DNA from: an uncultured Anaerolineales bacterium | GTDB taxonomy: Bacteria; Chloroflexota; Anaerolineae; CG2-30-64-16 | Length of the DNA stretch: 64,000 bases | Assembly: GCA_964551735.1 (NCBI GenBank) | Contig: CAZKEF010000017.1 | Location: forward strand, 31,007-95,006 | Reading direction: 5' to 3' | Notes under the pieces: model-generated | The model's database searches: none | Seen by the model: only the letters and a program-made list of their open reading frames with translations | Told to the model about the DNA's origin: nothing | Translations under genes and position numbers: made by a program | Shown: in pieces, positions 57,254 to 64,000 of the stretch | Layout: each line of letters opens with the position of its first letter | Position numbering within the stretch: the stretch's first letter is position 1

Positions 57254-58774
57254 GTGTCTGCTGAATCTGAATCACAAGGACGACATCACGTGCCACACAG
57301 CCAACCCTACGACGCCATCATCATCGGCGCGGGGCCAAACGGGCTGGCCGCGGCGGTGATGCTGGCGCGTGCGGGACGGTCGGTGCGGGTCATCGAGGCC
57401 GCGGCTACCGTGGGCGGGGGGACCCGTACGGCTGAGCTGACGCGGCCCGGCTTCCGCCACGACATCTGCTCCGCAGTGCATCCGTTGGCCCTCTCGTCGG
57501 CCTTCTTCCGCGACCTGCCCCTGGACCGCTACGGCCTGCGCTGGATCCACCCGCCCCTACCGTTGGCCCACCCCCTGGACGATGGCACCGCGGTTGTGTT
57601 GGAACGATCGGTGGACGCCACCGCCGCGGGGTTGGGCCAGGACACGGCCGCGTATCGCCGGCTGATGGGACCGCTGGTAAAGCGTTGGGACGCGGTAACC
57701 GAGGATCTGCTCGGTCCGCTGCCGCTGCCGCCGCGCCATCCGCTGGCGCTCATCGGATTTGGGATCGGGGCGCTGCTGCCCGCGTCCCTACTGGCCCGGC
57801 TGTGGTTCCGAGGAGAGCGGGCGCGGGCGCTCTTTGCCGGCATGGCTGCGCACTCCGTTTTGCCATTGGAACGACCCGGCAGCGCCGCCTTCGGCCTCAT
57901 CCTGGGCATGGCCGGGCACGCGGTCGGCTGGCCCATCGCGCAGGGCGGCTCGCAAGCCATCGCCGACGCGCTGGCCGCGTATCTGCGCGAGCTGGGCGGC
58001 GAGATCGTCACCGGCCAGCCCGTGGCGTTGCTGGCCGAGCTGCCGCCCGCCAGGGCACTCCTGTTCGACGTCAGCCCGGTCAACCTGCTGCGCATCGCCG
58101 GCGACCGGCTGCCCGCGGCCTACCGGCGCCGGCTGGCGCGCTACCGCCACGGCCCGGCCGCGTTCAAGCTCGACTGGGCGCTGGATGGGCCGATCCCGTG
58201 GGCCGCCGACGCGTGCCGCCGCGCGGGTACGGTGCATCTCGGCGGCACGCTGGCCGAGATCGCCGCTTCGGAGCGGGCCGGCTGGCAGGGGCAGCATCCG
58301 CAGCAGCCCTACATCATCCTGGCGCAGCCCAGCCTCTTCGACCCGACCCGCGCGCCGGCTGGCAAGCACACGGCCTGGGCCTATTGCCATGTGCCGAACC
58401 TCCATGTAGGGCAAGATAGAATCTTGCCCCACCAAATGATCGACCGCATCGAGGCGCAGGTCGAGCGCTTCGCGCCCGGCTTCGGGGCGCGCATCCTGGC
58501 GCGCCACGTCATGACCCCGGCCGACTTCGAGGCGTACAACCCCAACTACGTGGGCGGCGACATCGTCGGCGGCGCGCAAGACCTGCCGCAGTTTTTCGCC
58601 CGACCGGTGCTCAGCCGCAATCCGTATGCCACGCCTGCCGAGGGCATCTACCTGTGCTCGTCGTCTACCCCGCCCGGCGGCGGCGTCCACGGCATGTGCG
58701 GCTACCACGCGGCGAGGGCGGTGTTGAAACAAGCCTCAGCAGGTCGCGATTCCAAGCTCAAAGAGGGTCTGTGA
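57254..58774 (+). CDS. FAD-dependent oxidoreductase of the phytoene desaturase (CrtI)-like family
   Basis: N-terminal dinucleotide-binding IIGAGPNGLAAAVMLARAG...E; CrtI-like length; contains palindrome insertion encoding HVGQDRILPH. Confidence 0.55.
   Translation: MSAESESQGRHHVPHSQPYDAIIIGAGPNGLAAAVMLARAGRSVRVIEAAATVGGGTRTAELTRPGFRHDICSAVHPLALSSAFFRDLPLDRYGLRWIHPPLPLAHPLDDGTAVVLERSVDATAAGLGQDTAAYRRLMGPLVKRWDAVTEDLLGPLPLPPRHPLALIGFGIGALLPASLLARLWFRGERARALFAGMAAHSVLPLERPGSAAFGLILGMAGHAVGWPIAQGGSQAIADALAAYLRELGGEIVTGQPVALLAELPPARALLFDVSPVNLLRIAGDRLPAAYRRRLARYRHGPAAFKLDWALDGPIPWAADACRRAGTVHLGGTLAEIAASERAGWQGQHPQQPYIILAQPSLFDPTRAPAGKHTAWAYCHVPNLHVGQDRILPHQMIDRIEAQVERFAPGFGARILARHVMTPADFEAYNPNYVGGDIVGGAQDLPQFFARPVLSRNPYATPAEGIYLCSSSTPPGGGVHGMCGYHAARAVLKQASAGRDSKLKEGL
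58405..58429. repeat. second copy of GGGCAAGAT-N3-ATCTTGCCC palindrome, inside oxidoreductase CDS
   Basis: tgtagggcaagatagaatcttgccc. Confidence 0.5.
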
Positions 58775-58810
58775 CCCTCGACCGCCGGTCACAGACCGGC
58801 TAGGAGCCTC
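58763..58810 (+). promoter_or_regulatory. second copy of GGTCTGTGACC...GGTCACAGACCGGCTAGGAGC repeat, overlapping oxidoreductase stop and just upstream of NOX-like gene
   Basis: agagggtctgtgaccctcgaccgccggtcacagaccggctaggagcctcaag. Confidence 0.45.
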
Positions 58811-58819
58811 AAGAATACC

Positions 58820-60163
58820 ATGAGCCAGACCACAAAACGCACCTTTCAGGGCATTCTCTGGATCGCCCTTTACCTGCTCCTGACGCTTGCGCCGCTGTTC
58901 CTGCTGCTGGTCGGACCGACGCCAGCAGGGCGGGGCTTCTGGCGCGAGTTCTCGGTGGCGCTGGGCTTCGCCGGGCTGGCGATGATGTGCCTCCAGTTCG
59001 TGCTGACCGCGCGGTTTCGCTGGCTGAAGGCGCCCTACGGCAGCGACATCGTTTACACCTTCCACCGGCAAATCTCCCTGGTGGCGTTCGTCATCGTGCT
59101 GGCCCACCCGCTAATCCTGTTCATCGAGGACCCGGCGCGGCTGGGCCTGCTGAACCTCGTCGCTGCGCCCTGGCGGGCCCGCTTCGGGGTCACGGCGGCG
59201 CTGGCGCTGATCGCGCTGGTGACGATCTCCCTCTGGCGGCAGCGCTTCAGGATCCACTACGACGCGTGGCGCATCTGGCACGGCATCCTGGCGACCGCAG
59301 CCGTAGCGTTGGCGCTGGGACACATCGTGCTGGTGGGCTACTACGTGGCCGCGCCCTGGAAGCAGGCGTTTTGGATCGCCTACAGCGCCTTTTGGGTGGG
59401 GCTGTTGGCCTACGTGCGAGTGCTCAAGCCGTGGCTGGAGCTGCGCCGGCCCTACGTGGTGACGCAGGTGAAGCCGGAGCGTGGGGACGCGTGGACGGTG
59501 ACGCTGCGGCCGGAAAGCCATGCCGGGATGACGTTCCACCCCGGCCAGTTCGCCTGGCTCACGCTGCGCAGCTCCCCCTTCGCCGACCGGGAGCACCCCT
59601 TCTCGTTCTCCTCCAGCGCGGCCCGGCCCGGCGAGCTGGCGTTCACCATCAAAGCGCGCGGGGATTTCACGCGGCAGATCGGGCAGGTGCGGCCCGGCGA
59701 GCGCGCGTACCTGGACGGCCCCCACGGCAGCTTCACCACAGACCGCCACCACCACGCGGCCGGCTTCGTCTTCATCGCGGGCGGCGTCGGCATCACCCCC
59801 GTCATGAGTATGCTGCGCACCCTGACCGACCGCAGCGACCGGCGGCCGCTCCTCCTGATCTACGCCAACCGGGACTGGGAGGGCGTCACCTTCCGGGAGG
59901 AGATCGAGGCGTTGCAGGCGAGCGGCCGGCTCGACCTGCGCGTGGTTCATGTGCTAGAGCGGCCACCGAAGGGCTGGGATGGCGAGACCGGCTATGTCAC
60001 CGCCGAGATCCTGCGGCGCCACCTGCCCCCCATGGAAGGGCGCAACGTCCACGAGGTCTTCATCTGCGGCCCGCAGCCGATGATGGATGCGGTAGAGCGC
60101 GCGCTACTTGGCCTCGGGGTCGCCGGGGGTGACATCCATACCGAACGGTTCGACCTGGTGTAA
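58820..60163 (+). CDS. NOX/ferric-reductase-like membrane oxidoreductase (6-TM heme domain + FAD- and NAD(P)H-binding FNR-like domain)
   Basis: N-terminal TM helices with conserved His pairs; FAD motif HPFSFSS; NAD motif FIAGGVGITP; CG motif near C-terminus. Confidence 0.6.
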   Translation: MSQTTKRTFQGILWIALYLLLTLAPLFLLLVGPTPAGRGFWREFSVALGFAGLAMMCLQFVLTARFRWLKAPYGSDIVYTFHRQISLVAFVIVLAHPLILFIEDPARLGLLNLVAAPWRARFGVTAALALIALVTISLWRQRFRIHYDAWRIWHGILATAAVALALGHIVLVGYYVAAPWKQAFWIAYSAFWVGLLAYVRVLKPWLELRRPYVVTQVKPERGDAWTVTLRPESHAGMTFHPGQFAWLTLRSSPFADREHPFSFSSSAARPGELAFTIKARGDFTRQIGQVRPGERAYLDGPHGSFTTDRHHHAAGFVFIAGGVGITPVMSMLRTLTDRSDRRPLLLIYANRDWEGVTFREEIEALQASGRLDLRVVHVLERPPKGWDGETGYVTAEILRRHLPPMEGRNVHEVFICGPQPMMDAVERALLGLGVAGGDIHTERFDLV

Positions 60164-60173
60164 GGAGGCAGAT

Positions 60174-60266
60174 ATGCGACAACGGCTTTCGACGGCGCTG
60201 GCCCTGGGCATTGGCACCCTGATCCTGGCGCTGTCGGCGATCTTCGCCTTCTTGCAGAACCGCTAG
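60174..60266 (+). CDS. possible 30-aa hydrophobic peptide
   Basis: AAGGAGG RBS 6 nt upstream; MRQRLSTALALGIGTLILALSAIFAFLQNR; below track threshold. Confidence 0.25.
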   Translation: MRQRLSTALALGIGTLILALSAIFAFLQNR

Positions 60267-60287
60267 ATCACAAAGGATAAGTAAACG

Positions 60288-61763
60288 GTGGTGCTTCAAA
60301 TCTCTCTGGAAACCCTCTTACTCGGCGCCGCGGTCCTGCTGCTGGTCAGCATCGTCGCCAGCAAGGCGTCAGGGCGGCTGGGTGTGCCCGCGCTGGCGCT
60401 GTTCCTGGTGGTCGGCATGTTGGCCGGCTCCGATGGGCCGGGGGGCATCTACTTTGACAACCCGCGTCTGGCGCAGTGGTTGGGCGTGGTCGCCCTGGTC
60501 TTCATCCTCTACGCCGGCGGTCTGGACACCGATTGGGCGCGCATCCGGCCGGTGCTGGGCCACGGCCTGGCGCTCTCCACACTGGGCGTGCTGTTGACCG
60601 CCGCTCTGATGGGGCTGTTTGCGGTCCTCGCGCTCGGGTTCTCACCGCTGCAAGGGTTGCTGTTGGGCGCCATCGTCTCGTCCACCGATGCGGCGGCGGT
60701 ATTCACCGTACTGCGCGCCCGCAGCGTGCGCCTGCGCGAGCCGTTGGAGCCGCTGCTCGAGCTGGAATCGGGCAGCAACGACCCCATGGCGGTCTTCCTC
60801 ACGGTCGCGCTCACCGGGCTGCTGACCAGTCCCGAGGCCAACCTGCTGCGCCTTGTACCCGCGTTTTTCCAGCAGATGCTGCTGGGCGCCCTCTTCGGTT
60901 ACGGGATGGGCAGGGCGATGGCCTGGATCGTCAACCGCGTGCGGCTGCACGTCGAAGGGCTCTATCCCGTCTTGACGGTGGCGCTGACGCTGTTGACCTA
61001 CGCCAGCACGGCCGTCCTGGGTGGCAACGGCTTCCTGGCGGTCTACCTGGCCGGCCTGATCATGGCCCGCGGCGATTTCATCCACAAGCGCAGCCTGCTG
61101 CGTTTCCACGACGGTCTGGCGTGGCTGATGCAGATCGCCATGTTCCTCGTGCTCGGCCTGCTGGTTTTTCCCTCGCGGCTGCCTGCGGTGGCCGGCGTGT
61201 CCTTGCTGGCCGCCCTGTTCCTGATCTTCGTTGCCCGGCCCATCGGCGTTTTCCTGACCCTGCTGCCGTTTAGGCTGCCCCTGCGCGATCAGACGATGGT
61301 GGCCTGGGTGGGGCTGCGCGGCGCCGTGCCGATCATCCTGGCGACCTTCCCGCGGCTGGCCGGGCTGCCCCAGGCGGAGTTGATTTTCAATATCGTCTTC
61401 TTTGTCGTCCTGACTTCGGTGTTGATCCAGGGGACAACGATCACGCTGATGGCCCGCTGGCTGGGCGTCACGGCCAGGCCGGCGCTTCCCCCGCGCGCCC
61501 CTCTTGAGGTGACAGCGAGCGACCTCAAAGGCGATTTGTTGGAGCTGGTCGTGCCCGCGGGTTCGGCAGCGGTCGGCCGGCAGATTCTCGAGCTGGGCCT
61601 GCCCAAGGGCGCGCTGATTGTATTAATCGGCCGGGGCAAGGAGCACATCGTGCCCGATGGCAACACCGTGTTGGCGCCGGGCGACCACCTGCTGATCATG
61701 TCGGATCAGGCTGCGCTGGAGACAACGCGGCAGGTTTTCACGCAAAGGCCCAAGGCGACGTAA
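60288..61763 (+). CDS. K+/H+ (cation/proton) antiporter, CPA1 NhaP2-type with C-terminal TrkA-C domain
   Basis: GTG start; about 12 TM Na_H_Exchanger fold; C-terminal RCK_C region [33 protein letters not shown]...GDHLLIM. Confidence 0.7.
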   Translation: MVLQISLETLLLGAAVLLLVSIVASKASGRLGVPALALFLVVGMLAGSDGPGGIYFDNPRLAQWLGVVALVFILYAGGLDTDWARIRPVLGHGLALSTLGVLLTAALMGLFAVLALGFSPLQGLLLGAIVSSTDAAAVFTVLRARSVRLREPLEPLLELESGSNDPMAVFLTVALTGLLTSPEANLLRLVPAFFQQMLLGALFGYGMGRAMAWIVNRVRLHVEGLYPVLTVALTLLTYASTAVLGGNGFLAVYLAGLIMARGDFIHKRSLLRFHDGLAWLMQIAMFLVLGLLVFPSRLPAVAGVSLLAALFLIFVARPIGVFLTLLPFRLPLRDQTMVAWVGLRGAVPIILATFPRLAGLPQAELIFNIVFFVVLTSVLIQGTTITLMARWLGVTARPALPPRAPLEVTASDLKGDLLELVVPAGSAAVGRQILELGLPKGALIVLIGRGKEHIVPDGNTVLAPGDHLLIMSDQAALETTRQVFTQRPKAT

Positions 61764-61863
61764 CGCAACGGGTCAAGCCGCCATTGTTAACCCGCAACTT
61801 CAGATTGCACAAGAGAATCATTCTTCTTGCACTCATCTGGTATCCTATTGTATCATTCATAAC

Positions 61864-64000
<2,137 letters not shown>

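Overview
This is a 64-kb, GC-rich stretch of bacterial chromosome, probably Chloroflexota or a related Gram-positive-type lineage. The guess rests on a GAAC-N4-GTTC LexA box, many Arch_ATPase/DUF234 ATPases and lamin-tail-domain proteins. GC and taxon statements are by eye, not computed.

Most of the window is housekeeping or core. On the left: an ABC permease with a TOBE gene, tyrA, an HD protein, an M50 protease, a GH2 hydrolase, a GT4 transferase, an M29 aminopeptidase, and an ATPase / ATPase-GAF-PP2C / ATPase-DUF234 operon. On the right: a huge LTD surface protein, rpoD, infA, rpsU, a MoxR-DUF58-DUF4129 triad, rsmI, lexA-mpg, murJ, a NUDIX hydrolase, a hydrolase, a PfkB kinase, a Ca-type P-type ATPase, a STAS protein, a RelE-family toxin-antitoxin pair, a CrtI-like oxidoreductase next to a NOX-like reductase, an NhaP antiporter and mrpA.

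Two things stand out.

1. A low-GC island of about 17.8 kb (15.26-33.07 kb). Its core is a seven-gene minus-strand operon:
- a hybrid histidine kinase with two N-terminal S1 RNA-binding domains;
- a REC-(GAF)n protein;
- a divergent paralog of the alanyl-tRNA synthetase catalytic fragment (AlaRS-like);
- a multi-GAF histidine kinase;
- a tandem-REC protein;
- a REC-trypsin-like serine protease fusion;
- a cytoplasmic astacin-like metzincin.
Two SPFH proteins, a lipoprotein and a small ORF sit upstream. I propose this as a candidate undescribed RNA/tRNA-sensing phosphorelay with proteolytic outputs.

2. Several families of small repeats, some sitting in-frame inside genes:
- an 70-80-nt palindromic element inserted in-frame in the GH2 gene (twice) and in mrpA, like Rickettsia palindromic elements (RPEs);
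- G-rich octamer minisatellites in-frame in GH2, GT4 and the PP2C gene;
- MITE-like elements flanking the aminopeptidase gene;
- a 52-nt direct repeat flanking the DUF234 ATPase gene;
- shared hairpin motifs upstream of two redox genes.

I saw no rRNA, tRNA or CRISPR. All functional calls come from reading motifs by eye and are hypotheses until database searches confirm them.
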